Shown: positions 25,713 to 35,648 of the stretch, piece by piece
Layout: each line of letters opens with the position of its first letter
Numbering within the stretch: the stretch's first letter is position 1
Source: an uncultured Clostridia bacterium
GTDB taxonomy: Bacteria; Bacillota; Clostridia; Christensenellales; Borkfalkiaceae
DNA length: 43,170 nucleotides
Direction: 5' to 3'
Assembly: GCA_947587775.1 (NCBI GenBank)
Contig: CANPYD010000001.1
Coordinates: forward strand, 1 to 43,170
The notes under the pieces: generated by a model
What the model saw: the letters and a program-made list of their open reading frames with translations, nothing else
Told to the model about the DNA's origin: nothing
The model's database searches: none
Program-made: the position numbers and the translations under genes

Positions 25713-27589
25713 ACGATCCGTTTGAAGAGTTTCTCCATTTCGCTCTTCTTCACCATGACGGCGACCGGTCTCCCGTGCGGACATTTGAGCCCCATATCTC
25801 CGTCCATCCGCTTAAGTAGCGCTTCCACCTCTTTTTCCGTGAGTTTTTCGCCCCCCTTGACGGCGGCTTTGCATGCAGCGGACGCCAGCTTGTCTTTCAG
25901 TAGCGTATTGAGACGGATGGCGCGCAGCGACTCCATCGAAGAGAGCACTTCCCCGAAAAAGGACGGAAGATCAATGCCTAAAAGGTCGGTCGGCACGGCG
26001 GAAACCTTGATGCAATTCCCGCCGAACTCCTCGACGCCGAAGCCGATCTCCTCAAGAAGCGGGATGTTTTTGACAAAGAAGGCGTGCTCCGCCGCATTCA
26101 GTTCCAAAAGATAGGGAACGAGCATAGGCTGGGAGACGACCTTGCGCGAAGCGAGCTTCTCCTGCAATCTGTCGTAGATCAGCCGCTCGTGTGCGGCGTG
26201 CTGGTCGACAATGTAGGCGACATCCCCCGCTTCATAAAAGAGATAGGTGCGGAAGAGCTCCCCCTTGAAGGTAAGAGACGCAACGTCCACTTTTTCCTGT
26301 TTGGGCTTGGCCTGTTCGCGCAAAAGGCGTTGGTTTTCCTCGAAAAAGTCCTCCTGTCTGTCCATCCGCACTTCGGACGCGGAGGAGCGGACTTCAAAGC
26401 GGGAAGGTTCGGACTCGAAGAACCGTGGCTCGGAAGGTCTCCCCTTCAGGGGCGAAACGTCGAATTCCAGCTCTTTTTTTGCCTCTTCGTACGTCATTTG
26501 AGTGCTTTCGACGGGTTTCTGCGGTTCGGCCGCCGCCTGTGGCACGGAAACAGCCTGCGCTTCGGCCCCCTGCGCTTCCCTCTTTGCGGAAACAAGATAT
26601 TCAAGCGCGCGGGAATTTCCGTCGAGTACCGCTGAAACGACAGAGTAGACGCTTCCGTAGATGATCTGATTGTCCTGAAAGCGCACGTCCGCCTTGTTGG
26701 GATGGACGTTGACGTCCACGATCTCCTGCGGAACGTCCAAAAAGAGGACGTAAAAGGGATATTGCCGCTTCATGAGATAGGCGGCATATGCGTTCGTGAC
26801 GGCCGCGCCCACCGTTTGGTTGACAACGTACCGCCCGTTGACGAAAAGACTCTGATAGGTACGGTTCGGTTTGGAGAAATTTCTGTTTCCGATATAGCCC
26901 GAAAGGCGGATCCCGTGCTTGTCCGCCGAGATCTCATGGCAATTTTCAAGCACGGACGCGCCGTAGACGACGGCAAGCGCGGAGGCGAGCCCGTCCCCGA
27001 ACGAGCGGTACTTCACTTTTCCGCCGACCGTATAGGTAAAGGCGATTTCGGGGCGGGAGAGGATAAAGCGCGCCATCATATTGGAGACGTCCCCCTCCTC
27101 CTGACTGTCCGATTTTAAGAATTTGAGACGGGCGGGCGTGTTGAAAAAGAGATCCCGAACAGTGATCTCCGTCCCTTTCGCCCCCGCCGCCGCTTGGGTG
27201 TCGCCGCAAACTCCCCCCTCGCAGGCGAGTGAAAATGCCCCTTCGCCCGCGTCGGAGACGATCTCCATGCGGGAGACGGACGCGATCGAAGCGATCGCCT
27301 CGCCGCGGAAACCGAGGGTCGCCACCGTGAAGAGATCCTCTGCGCTCTGCAATTTGCTCGTCGCATGCGGAAGATACGCCTTTTTCAATTCATCTTTTCG
27401 GATCCCGCAGCCGTTGTCCGTGACGCAGATGAGCTTTTTGCCGCCCTCTTCGATTTCGACGGAGATGTCCGTCGCCCCCGCGTCGATCGAATTTTCGACG
27501 AGTTCCTTGACGACGGAATAGGGCCTGTCGACGACTTCCCCCGCCGCAATCCGGTTATAGACGTCGGGTGTCAGAATGTTGATGCTCAT
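25709..27589 (-). CDS. mutL: DNA mismatch repair protein MutL
   Basis: GHKL N-terminus MSINILTPDVYNRIAAGEVVDRPYSVVKELVENSIDAGA. The ATG at 27589 overlaps the mutS TGA (ATGA). Confidence 0.95.
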   Translation of the reverse strand: MSINILTPDVYNRIAAGEVVDRPYSVVKELVENSIDAGATDISVEIEEGGKKLICVTDNGCGIRKDELKKAYLPHATSKLQSAEDLFTVATLGFRGEAIASIASVSRMEIVSDAGEGAFSLACEGGVCGDTQAAAGAKGTEITVRDLFFNTPARLKFLKSDSQEEGDVSNMMARFILSRPEIAFTYTVGGKVKYRSFGDGLASALAVVYGASVLENCHEISADKHGIRLSGYIGNRNFSKPNRTYQSLFVNGRYVVNQTVGAAVTNAYAAYLMKRQYPFYVLFLDVPQEIVDVNVHPNKADVRFQDNQIIYGSVYSVVSAVLDGNSRALEYLVSAKREAQGAEAQAVSVPQAAAEPQKPVESTQMTYEEAKKELEFDVSPLKGRPSEPRFFESEPSRFEVRSSASEVRMDRQEDFFEENQRLLREQAKPKQEKVDVASLTFKGELFRTYLFYEAGDVAYIVDQHAAHERLIYDRLQEKLASRKVVSQPMLVPYLLELNAAEHAFFVKNIPLLEEIGFGVEEFGGNCIKVSAVPTDLLGIDLPSFFGEVLSSMESLRAIRLNTLLKDKLASAACKAAVKGGEKLTEKEVEALLKRMDGDMGLKCPHGRPVAVMVKKSEMEKLFKRIV

Positions 27590-30138
27590 TTGACTTTCTC
27601 CTTCCATTCCGAAAGCAGCGCAAGCGCCTGCATGGGCGTGAGAAGATCGAGGTTCAATTCGGAGAGCTCCTTCTTCAGTTTGACCGTCTCCTCTTCCTCC
27701 GGTTCCTCTTCGGGCGCCGTCCGTTTGCCCTCCTTTCGTTCGAGCGAGCGCAAAATGGACTTCGCGCGGCTCGTGACCGCCTCGGGAACGCCCGCAAGCG
27801 CCGCGACCTCTACGCCGAAGGAGCGGGACGCTCCCCCGCGCACGATCGTACGCAAAAAGACGATGCTCCCTGCGATCTCCCTGACGTTGATCTTATAGTT
27901 TTTGACGCCCTCGAGCTTTCCTTCCAGCTCCGTGAGCTCATGGTAGTGGGTGGCGAACAGCGTCTTTGCGCGCACCCGTTCGGTGAGATATTCAATGACC
28001 GCCCATGCGATGGAAAGCCCGTCGAACGTACTCGTCCCGCGCCCCACTTCATCGAGAATGAGCAGGCTTCGGCTCGTGGCGTTGCGCAGAATGCTTGCAA
28101 CTTCCGTCATTTCCACCATGAATGTACTTCTGTCGAGGATGAGATTGTCGCTCGCCCCGATCCTTGTAAAGATCCTGTCCGTCAAAGGGATCACGGCGCT
28201 CTTTGCGGGCACGAAACAGCCCACATGCGCCATGAGCGTGATGAGCGCGTTCTGCCTCAGATAGGTACTTTTCCCCGCCATATTGGGTCCCGTCAGGATC
28301 ATCGTGCGGTTTTCGGAAGTATCGAGTACGCAGTCGTTTGGAACGAACCGCTCGCGGGAGATCGCTTCCACAACGGGGTGCCGTCCCTCGCGGATCTCCA
28401 GCTGCCCCTCTTCGACGAGCTGCGGACGGACGTACTTATTTTCCTTTGCCGCCGTCGCAAAGGAGACAAGGCAATCGAGTTCGGCGACCGCGCCCGCGAC
28501 CTTCTGGAAGACGGGAATATTTTTCTCTAAGATCGCGAGGAGCTCATGATAGAGATGCTCTTCGAGCCGCTGCGCCTGATCGTCGCTCCCCAAAATTTTC
28601 GTTTCGAGCTCTTTGAGTTCATCACAGATATACCGCTCCCCGTTCGTCAAGGTCTGCTTGCGCGTATAGGAGAACGGCACACGGTCTTTGAATGAGTTGC
28701 TGACCTCGATATAATATCCGAACACGCGGTTGAAGCCGATCTTCAACGTCCTGATGCCCGTACGCTCCCGTTCGCGCGCTTCGAGCTCCGCAAGCAGCCG
28801 CGTACTGTGCTTTTTGACGTTGCGCAAAGAGTCGAGCTGTCCGTTATAACCCTCTTTGATATAGTTGCCGTCTTTGAGCGTCGTCGCCTTGGGATTGATC
28901 GCGCCGTCGATGAGCGCGCAGATCTCCTTGGTATCGACCATGCGTCCCGCGATCGATTTCAGGATCGGAGAATTGAATCCCGTGAGCTGAAAGCGAAGGT
29001 TCGGCACGATCGCAAGAGAGGCGGAGAGCGCAATACAATCCCGCGGCTGAAGATTTCCGTTCGAGATACGCCCCGTGAGCCGCTCGATATCCTGCATGCC
29101 GCCGAGCATGTCCGCAAGTCCCATGCGGACGACGCCCGCGCGGAAGAGTTCCTCCACGCCGTCCAGCCTTCTGTTGATCTTTTCGATCTCCTTTAAGGGG
29201 CTGATGAGAATTGAAGCAAGTTTTCTCGCCCCCATTCCCGTCTTTGTCTTGTCGAGAAGCCACAAGAGAGACCCGAAGCGCTTTCCGTCGCCGTTGTTTC
29301 TCAAAATCTCCAGATTCCTGACCGCGGTGGGATCGAGCGTCATATAGTGTGAACCCTCCGCAAAGCGGAGCGAATTCATATTTTTGAGCGCATGCTTTTG
29401 CGTTTCGATGAGATATGCGACGAGCGCGCCCGCGGCGATGGCGGCGCTTTCATGCCCGCCAAGTCCTAACGCATCCATAGACGGGACGGCGAGCTGATCT
29501 TTCAAACATTTTTCTGCATTGGCACGCTGAAAGGCATAGGGAAGATAGCAGGAGAGCGCGGGAAGAAGGTTGCGCTCCCGCTCCAACCGGTCTTTGACGG
29601 CAAAGAGAAATTCATCGTTACAGATGATCTCCGCGACCGATAAATTGAGGAGTGCAGAGATCATAGCATCCGTGCTCTCTTCCTCGGAGCAGTTGAGCTC
29701 CCCCGTCGTGATATCCGCCCATGCAAGCGCATAGTGTTCTCCGCTCTGATAGGCGCAAGCGATGAAATTATTCTTTCTCGCGTCCAGAAGGCTCTCTTCG
29801 GTGACCGTCCCCGGCGTAACGACGCGGATGACGTCCCTGTCCACCATACCCTTGCTCTCTTTGGGATCGGAGAGCTGTTCGCAAATCGCGACTTTCTCCC
29901 CCGCCTCGAGAAGCTTCTGGATATAATTATCCGCAGCATGATAGGGCACGCCGCACATGGGAGCCCGCTCTGTTTGGCCGCAGTCTCTGCCCGTAAGCGT
30001 CAGATCGAGGATCTTGCTTGCCTTTTCGGCATCCTCGAAAAACATCTCGTAAAAGTCGCCGAGACGATAAAAGACAACACAATCGGGATGGGCGTCTTTG
30101 ACTTTGCGCCAATGCGCCATCATGGGTGAAAGTCCCAT
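27586..30138 (-). CDS. mutS: DNA mismatch repair protein MutS
   Basis: 850-aa ORF with mismatch-binding N-terminus (SPMMAHWRKVKDAHPDCVVFYRLGDFYEMF) and Walker A GPNMAGKST. Confidence 0.96.
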   Translation of the reverse strand: MGLSPMMAHWRKVKDAHPDCVVFYRLGDFYEMFFEDAEKASKILDLTLTGRDCGQTERAPMCGVPYHAADNYIQKLLEAGEKVAICEQLSDPKESKGMVDRDVIRVVTPGTVTEESLLDARKNNFIACAYQSGEHYALAWADITTGELNCSEEESTDAMISALLNLSVAEIICNDEFLFAVKDRLERERNLLPALSCYLPYAFQRANAEKCLKDQLAVPSMDALGLGGHESAAIAAGALVAYLIETQKHALKNMNSLRFAEGSHYMTLDPTAVRNLEILRNNGDGKRFGSLLWLLDKTKTGMGARKLASILISPLKEIEKINRRLDGVEELFRAGVVRMGLADMLGGMQDIERLTGRISNGNLQPRDCIALSASLAIVPNLRFQLTGFNSPILKSIAGRMVDTKEICALIDGAINPKATTLKDGNYIKEGYNGQLDSLRNVKKHSTRLLAELEARERERTGIRTLKIGFNRVFGYYIEVSNSFKDRVPFSYTRKQTLTNGERYICDELKELETKILGSDDQAQRLEEHLYHELLAILEKNIPVFQKVAGAVAELDCLVSFATAAKENKYVRPQLVEEGQLEIREGRHPVVEAISRERFVPNDCVLDTSENRTMILTGPNMAGKSTYLRQNALITLMAHVGCFVPAKSAVIPLTDRIFTRIGASDNLILDRSTFMVEMTEVASILRNATSRSLLILDEVGRGTSTFDGLSIAWAVIEYLTERVRAKTLFATHYHELTELEGKLEGVKNYKINVREIAGSIVFLRTIVRGGASRSFGVEVAALAGVPEAVTSRAKSILRSLERKEGKRTAPEEEPEEEETVKLKKELSELNLDLLTPMQALALLSEWKEKVK

Positions 30139-30150
30139 TTTCTTCCTCCG

Positions 30151-31461
30151 TTATTCTCCAATCGGTTCCCCGTAAAGGGAAATGCCGTTCGCGCGGTCGA
30201 TTCTGAGCGAGACAAACTCACCGATCTTGTTTTTCCCGCTTGCAAAGTACCCCATTCTGCCGTACTCGTCCCGTCCGAGATACAATTGTTTCTTTTCGTC
30301 GTACCCCTCGCAGAGAATCTCCGCCGTTTTTCCGATGTAAGCCGCGCTCTTCTCTCTCGTACGGGCGTTGACTGTTTCGATGAGGCGGGAAAGTCTGTCC
30401 TTGGAGACGGACGCCTCGATCTGCCCCTCCATCGCCGCCGCCTTCGTCCCCGTCCGCGGGGAGTAAATGAACATGAACGCCGAAGAAAAGTCCGCTTCGT
30501 TCACGAGGGACAGAGTCTCCTGAAAATCCTCCTCTGTTTCGGTGGGAAAGCCGACGATGATATCCGTCGTCACGGCGCAATCGGGGATCTCACGCCTCAA
30601 AAGCGCGATTTCTTCGAGGTATTTTTCGCGCGTGTAGCGCCTGTTCATGAGGGAAAGAATGCGGTTGGATCCCGACTGCACGGGCAAATGGATCTGGTTG
30701 CAGATCTTTTTGTGCTTTTTGATGACCGACACGAGCGCCGCGGAAAAGTCCTTCGGGTGAGAAGTCATAAAGCGGAGACGGAAGTCTCCCTCGACGGAAG
30801 CGCAGCGATCGAGAAGGGCGGGGAAATCCGTCCCGTCCTCGCCGCGGTAGGAGTTGACATTCTGCCCGAGCAGAGTGATCTCCTTATACCCCTCTTTTGC
30901 GAGAGACTCCACCTCGCGGACAACGTCCTCCGCACGGCGGGAGCGCTCCCTGCCGCGCACATACGGCACGATGCAATAGGAGCAGAAATTATTGCAGCCG
31001 TACATGATATTGACCCACGCCCCGGGATAGCCCGTACGGACGGGCGTAATGCCGTCCTCCGTCTCTTCCCGCGCCTCTTTGAGAGAAAAGACCCGCTTTT
31101 TCTGCGACCGTTTTCGGTCGATGAGCGCGCCGAGTTCCGAAAGATTATGCGTGCCGAAGAGGATATCCACAAAGGGATACCGCTCCCTGATGAGCGCGGC
31201 CTTCCCCTCTTCCTGCGCCATGCACCCACCGACGGCAATGATGAGGTCTTTGTTCTCCCGCTTCCGCTGTTTGAGCGCGCCGATATTGCCGAACGCATGA
31301 TTTTCGGCGTTTTCGCGGATACAGCAGGTATTAAAGACGATGATATCTGCGCTATCGATGTCCGATTCTTCGGTATAGCCCTTCTCGCGCAGGATCCCCG
31401 CGATCTTTTCGGACTCGTGCACGTTCATCTGACAGCCGTAAGTGACGATATGGTATTTCAT
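30151..31461 (-). CDS. miaB: tRNA-2-methylthio-N6-dimethylallyladenosine synthase MiaB
   Basis: Trimmed to the ATG at 31461, giving MKYHIVTYGCQMNVHESEKIAGIL.... Radical-SAM motif CNNFCSYC and a C-terminal TRAM-like domain. The Arg-rich 109-aa extension in the track overlaps cobB and is spurious. Confidence 0.9.
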   Translation of the reverse strand: MKYHIVTYGCQMNVHESEKIAGILREKGYTEESDIDSADIIVFNTCCIRENAENHAFGNIGALKQRKRENKDLIIAVGGCMAQEEGKAALIRERYPFVDILFGTHNLSELGALIDRKRSQKKRVFSLKEAREETEDGITPVRTGYPGAWVNIMYGCNNFCSYCIVPYVRGRERSRRAEDVVREVESLAKEGYKEITLLGQNVNSYRGEDGTDFPALLDRCASVEGDFRLRFMTSHPKDFSAALVSVIKKHKKICNQIHLPVQSGSNRILSLMNRRYTREKYLEEIALLRREIPDCAVTTDIIVGFPTETEEDFQETLSLVNEADFSSAFMFIYSPRTGTKAAAMEGQIEASVSKDRLSRLIETVNARTREKSAAYIGKTAEILCEGYDEKKQLYLGRDEYGRMGYFASGKNKIGEFVSLRIDRANGISLYGEPIGE

Positions 31462-32168
31462 AATTGTATTTCCGATAGAATTTCTCCCACTTTTCCGTGA
31501 AGAACAAGATCGCACGCCGCGTCGAGGGGAGTCGGGTCGCGGTTGATGAGCACAAGATATTTCCCGCGGAAATAGCTCACGAACCCCGCCGCGGGATAGA
31601 CGGTGAGCGAAGTCCCCGCCACGATGAGCGTATCGGCGGAAGCGATCGCGCGGACGGCGCCGTTTACGGTATCGGAGTCGAGCGGCTCCCCGTACAGTAC
31701 GACGTCGGGCTTCACAAGCCCTCCGCAGCTGCAACGCGGAACCCCTTTTGAAGCGGCGATCTCCTCCGCAGAATAGGTCTTGCGGCACTTGATACAGGTG
31801 TTTTTATGTACTGTGCCATGCAGTTCAAAGACGGTGTTGCTCCCCGCTTTCTGATGAAGCCCGTCGATGTTCTGCGTGACGACGGCAATGAGCTTCCCCC
31901 TCTTTTCGAGCTCCGCGATCTTTTTGTGCGCGGCGTTGGGCTCCGCCCAAAGGGGAAGCATTTTCTCTCGGTAAAAGGCAAAAAACTCTTCCGTATGGGA
32001 GAAAAAATAATCGTGAGAGAGCATCGTCTCGGGAGATACGGTGTATTTTTGACGGTAAAGCCCGTCCTCGGAACGGAAATCGGGGATCCCGCTCTCCGTC
32101 GATACGCCCGCCCCACCGAAAAAGACGATCCTCTCGCTTTCATCGATGATCTGCTGCAATGTCTTCAT
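31458..32168 (-). CDS. cobB: NAD-dependent protein deacylase, Sir2 family
   Basis: 236-aa ORF with GAGVSTESGIPDFRS, the catalytic ELHGT, and Zn ribbon CIKCRK...CSCGG. Confidence 0.9.
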   Translation of the reverse strand: MKTLQQIIDESERIVFFGGAGVSTESGIPDFRSEDGLYRQKYTVSPETMLSHDYFFSHTEEFFAFYREKMLPLWAEPNAAHKKIAELEKRGKLIAVVTQNIDGLHQKAGSNTVFELHGTVHKNTCIKCRKTYSAEEIAASKGVPRCSCGGLVKPDVVLYGEPLDSDTVNGAVRAIASADTLIVAGTSLTVYPAAGFVSYFRGKYLVLINRDPTPLDAACDLVLHGKVGEILSEIQL

Positions 32169-32176
32169 ACGGAGTC

Positions 32177-32205
32177 ATTATAACACAAAAAAACAAAACT
32201 TTCAA
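32177..32205 (-). promoter_or_regulatory. Consensus promoter 8 nt upstream of the cobB ATG (leaderless candidate)
   Basis: Reverse strand reads TTGAAA (32205-32200), a 17-nt spacer ending TGT, TATAAT (32182-32177), then GACTCCGT and the ATG at 32168. No SD. Confidence 0.55.
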
Positions 32206-32319
32206 CAAAAGCCGTTTGATTTCGGAAAAGATTTTGCGATTCGCCCAAAACATGCCGAAGATCCGCCGCGCCCTCCTTTTTTATGCTTATATTTTCGGCG
32301 AATACGCATACTGTCATGG

Positions 32320-34506
32320 ATGAAACGTGTCTTAAAAGGATTCCTGATCGCGGCGGGCATTCTGCTCGTTCTGATGCTCGCTCTTCTCCTCTATTATTTC
32401 GGCGTCACTGCCAATGTACGGCTCGACAGAAACAAACTCGCCCTCTCCACCGCCTGTATCCGCCTGTATGACGGGAACGGCGAACAGATCGAGGGCGCGA
32501 AACGGAAAAGCGTTGCGCTTTCCGAACTCCCCGCCCATGTGCCGCAAGCGTTCATTGCCGTCGAAGATAAACGGTTTTACAGCCATCACGGACTCGATTA
32601 CAGGCGGATCGCCGGGGCGACGCTCAAAAACATCAAGACGTTTTCCTTCCGCGAGGGCGCTTCCACGATCTCCCAGCAATTGATCAAAAACACCCACCTT
32701 TCGAGCGAAAAGACGATCACGAGAAAACTCAGAGAGTTCAAGCTGACAAGACAGCTCGAAAAAAGATATTCGAAGGATGAGATCGTCGAGCTTTATCTCA
32801 ATTCCATCTACTTCGGGCACGACATCTTCGGGATCGGAAACGCTTCGGAGTTTTATTTCGGCAAGGAAGCGGAACAGCTCTCCCCTGCCGAAAGCGCCAT
32901 GCTTGCCGCCCTCGTACGCTCTCCGAACCGCTACTCCCCCTTCCGCAACGCCGAGGCGTGCAAAAAACGCCGCGATTTTGTCTTATCTCTGATGAAAGAA
33001 CAGGGCTATCTTCCCGACTCCGTCTATGAAGAGGCGAAAACCGTCTCCCTGCCCCTGACCCCCTCCCGCAGAGAACATGCGGACAGCTATCTTTCGGTCG
33101 TTTTCGACGAACTTTCAGAACTCCTTCCCGACGCGGAGACGGGAACTTTCGGCACGATCTCCGTCTATACCTTTCTCGATCCTTCCCTGCAACAAAAGCT
33201 CGAAGAGACGGAAGCCGATTCCGACGTCTGCGTCCTTGTGCGGGATAACCTTACGGACGGGATCAAGGCGCTCTATTCCACCTGCGGCACGCCGAAACGG
33301 CTTCCCGCGTCCACATTGAAACCCCTTTTGGTGTACGCTCCCGCCATCGAAGAGGATATCATCTCCCCCGCGACGCCCATTCTCGACGAAAAAACGGACT
33401 TCGGCGGATATTCTCCCGACGACGCGGGCGGAGCGAGCGGAACATATATGAGCGCGAGATATGCGCTCGCCCACAGTGTCAATATCCCCGCCGTCAGGAT
33501 TTTGAACAGTCTCGGATGCGACAGAGCGGCGGGTTATCTCGAAAAGATGGGACTTCCGATCGAACGGGACGACCGTTCCCTTGCGCTGGCCTTGGGGGGC
33601 ATGAGAGAAGGATTTGCGCTGCCCGCCCTTTCGGACGGCTTTGCAACCCTCGCAAAAGGCGGAAGCTATGCCCCCTCTTCGACGATCTCCCGCATCGAGG
33701 ACGGCAAAGGCAGAATTCTCTACGAACACAAGCCGCAGGGCACGCGCGTCTTTTCGGAAGAGACGAGCTATCTCGTGAACGACATGCTCAAGACGGCGGT
33801 CAAGGAAGGAACGGCGAAAAAACTGCGTTCTCTTCCCTATGACGTCTGTGCAAAGACGGGGACCGCCGAGGGAAAATACGGAAACACGGACGCTTACACG
33901 ATCGCCTACACGACGGCGGACACCGTGGCGGTGTGGATGGGCAACAGAGACAATACGCCCGTCAGCGTTTCGGGCGGCGGAAGACCCGCAAATATTGCCT
34001 TTCACGTTCTTTACAACCTCTACAAAGACGGATCGCCGCAGAATTTTTCCATGTGCGAAGGGATCGAGGAAGTGAAGATCGACATGCAGGAATATGAAAA
34101 GAATCACCGCATCTGCCTCTCGGATCCCCTTTCCCCGCTCTGCACCGACAGAAAGGAGCTCTTCAAAAAAAGCGCGCTCCCCTTGGAAAAGAGCACACGC
34201 TATTCCTCTCCCCAAATCGATATGCCGACGATTTCCATCAAAAATGGAGCCGTAAACATAGTACTATGTCAGACAGAATACTATGATTACATCGTAAAAA
34301 GAGAAAATCGTGGCACAATTACCACGATTTATCAGGGAAAATATCAAAAATATATCTGCGACAATTCCGTCCGTGCAGGGGAAAGTTACCGTTACAGCGT
34401 GACGCCGGTCTTTCACGGACACGAAGGTGAAACGGTCTATCTTTCTCCCGTTTACGTCGGAAACGAAACTTCCCTGCCCGAAAATTGGTGGGAAGATCAG
34501 AGCTGA
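32320..34506 (+). CDS. Class A bifunctional penicillin-binding protein (glycosyltransferase + transpeptidase)
   Basis: Trimmed to ATG 32320 (MKRVLKGFLIAAGILLVL..., TM). GT51 motifs: EDKRFYSHHGLD, GASTISQQ, RKLREF. Transpeptidase motifs: STLK, SVN, KTGT. Carries an extra beta-rich C-terminal domain of about 120 aa. The start has no strong SD, so it is less certain. Confidence 0.88.
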   Translation: MKRVLKGFLIAAGILLVLMLALLLYYFGVTANVRLDRNKLALSTACIRLYDGNGEQIEGAKRKSVALSELPAHVPQAFIAVEDKRFYSHHGLDYRRIAGATLKNIKTFSFREGASTISQQLIKNTHLSSEKTITRKLREFKLTRQLEKRYSKDEIVELYLNSIYFGHDIFGIGNASEFYFGKEAEQLSPAESAMLAALVRSPNRYSPFRNAEACKKRRDFVLSLMKEQGYLPDSVYEEAKTVSLPLTPSRREHADSYLSVVFDELSELLPDAETGTFGTISVYTFLDPSLQQKLEETEADSDVCVLVRDNLTDGIKALYSTCGTPKRLPASTLKPLLVYAPAIEEDIISPATPILDEKTDFGGYSPDDAGGASGTYMSARYALAHSVNIPAVRILNSLGCDRAAGYLEKMGLPIERDDRSLALALGGMREGFALPALSDGFATLAKGGSYAPSSTISRIEDGKGRILYEHKPQGTRVFSEETSYLVNDMLKTAVKEGTAKKLRSLPYDVCAKTGTAEGKYGNTDAYTIAYTTADTVAVWMGNRDNTPVSVSGGGRPANIAFHVLYNLYKDGSPQNFSMCEGIEEVKIDMQEYEKNHRICLSDPLSPLCTDRKELFKKSALPLEKSTRYSSPQIDMPTISIKNGAVNIVLCQTEYYDYIVKRENRGTITTIYQGKYQKYICDNSVRAGESYRYSVTPVFHGHEGETVYLSPVYVGNETSLPENWWEDQS

Positions 34507-35648
34507 ATGACCTCGCGCGTGGAAAGAGCTTCCTCTACGAGCGCGTCGATGTCGAGCTTTTTCTCCTCTTCCTCAATATAGGAAAGCGAAGGCCTGATCG
34601 CGGGAAAGTCGGGCAAAAAGACGGTACAGCAATCCTCATAGGGCAAAACGGAGATCTCATACGTGCCGATTTTTTTCGCGACGGCGATGATATCCTCTTT
34701 GTCAAAGCCGATCAAGGGCCGAAGGACGGGAAGCGAAACGACGGCGTTCGAGGATGTAAGCCCCTCTAAGGTCTGGCTTGCGACCTGTCCCAAACTTTCT
34801 CCCGTCACGAGGCATTTCGCCCCCTCCCGCCCCGCGATCTTCTCGGCAATACGGAACATGAACCGCCTCAAAAGAGTCACATTGAGCTCTGCGGCGCATT
34901 TTTTGTGGATCTCTTCCTGAATATGCGTCACGCTTACCGCGGTGATACGGTGGACGAGCGTATATTCCGAAAGGATCTTCGCCAGAGATACGACCTTCTC
35001 CTTTGCACCCTCGTTGGTATAGGGATAGCTATGAAAATGCAGCGCTTCCACGGTGAGCCCGCGCTTCGCCATCATATAGCCCGCCACGGGAGAGTCGATC
35101 CCGCCAGAAATGAGAAGCAGTCCCTTCCCCGCGGTGGAAACGGGCATTCCGTGCAACCCGTCCTCAAAGGAGCCGAACACGAGCGCTTTTCCCCCTTCGC
35201 GGATATCGATGTAGACGGTATGCTCGGGCGTATGGACGTCCACGCGGAGGGCATGATTTTCGCCGAGAAGCCTTCCGCCGATCTCGGCGCTGATCTCCAT
35301 GGACGTGAGAGGATAATGCTTATCGCCGCGATGGGTCTGCACTTTGAAGGAGCCGCTCTCGGGCGCGACGAGCTTTGCAGCTTCGAAAATACTCTCTACG
35401 TCGTTTGCGACGAGAAGTCCCGCCGAATAGGAATGAACCCCAAAGACGCGGGACACACGGCGCATGATCTCGTCGGACTTTTCCTCGTCGAATGCAGCGA
35501 CAAGATATCTGCCGCTCGTGCGGCGGAGTTCGTGGCGAAGGCCTTTGAGCGCGCGTTCCAGATTCGTGGAGAAAACGCGCTCGAAATACCCGCGGTTTTT
35601 GCCTTTCAGATGGATCTCCGCATAGCGGATAATGACGACTTTTTCCAT
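34497..35648 (-). CDS. thiI: tRNA 4-thiouridine synthase ThiI
   Basis: 383-aa ORF with a THUMP-type N-terminus and the PP-loop SGGIDSPVAG. Confidence 0.92.
   Translation of the reverse strand: MEKVVIIRYAEIHLKGKNRGYFERVFSTNLERALKGLRHELRRTSGRYLVAAFDEEKSDEIMRRVSRVFGVHSYSAGLLVANDVESIFEAAKLVAPESGSFKVQTHRGDKHYPLTSMEISAEIGGRLLGENHALRVDVHTPEHTVYIDIREGGKALVFGSFEDGLHGMPVSTAGKGLLLISGGIDSPVAGYMMAKRGLTVEALHFHSYPYTNEGAKEKVVSLAKILSEYTLVHRITAVSVTHIQEEIHKKCAAELNVTLLRRFMFRIAEKIAGREGAKCLVTGESLGQVASQTLEGLTSSNAVVSLPVLRPLIGFDKEDIIAVAKKIGTYEISVLPYEDCCTVFLPDFPAIRPSLSYIEEEEKKLDIDALVEEALSTREVIQL

Noticed and set aside
31462-31788. 109-aa Arg-rich N-terminal extension of the miaB track ORF, and similar extensions on miaA, mutL, mraZ, upp, degV, cwlD, nfnB, the class A PBP and the 37567..38445 ORF
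   Set aside because: These extensions overlap the upstream gene in another frame and have nonsense composition. Family-typical N-termini begin at internal ATGs with an SD or an ATGA coupling.
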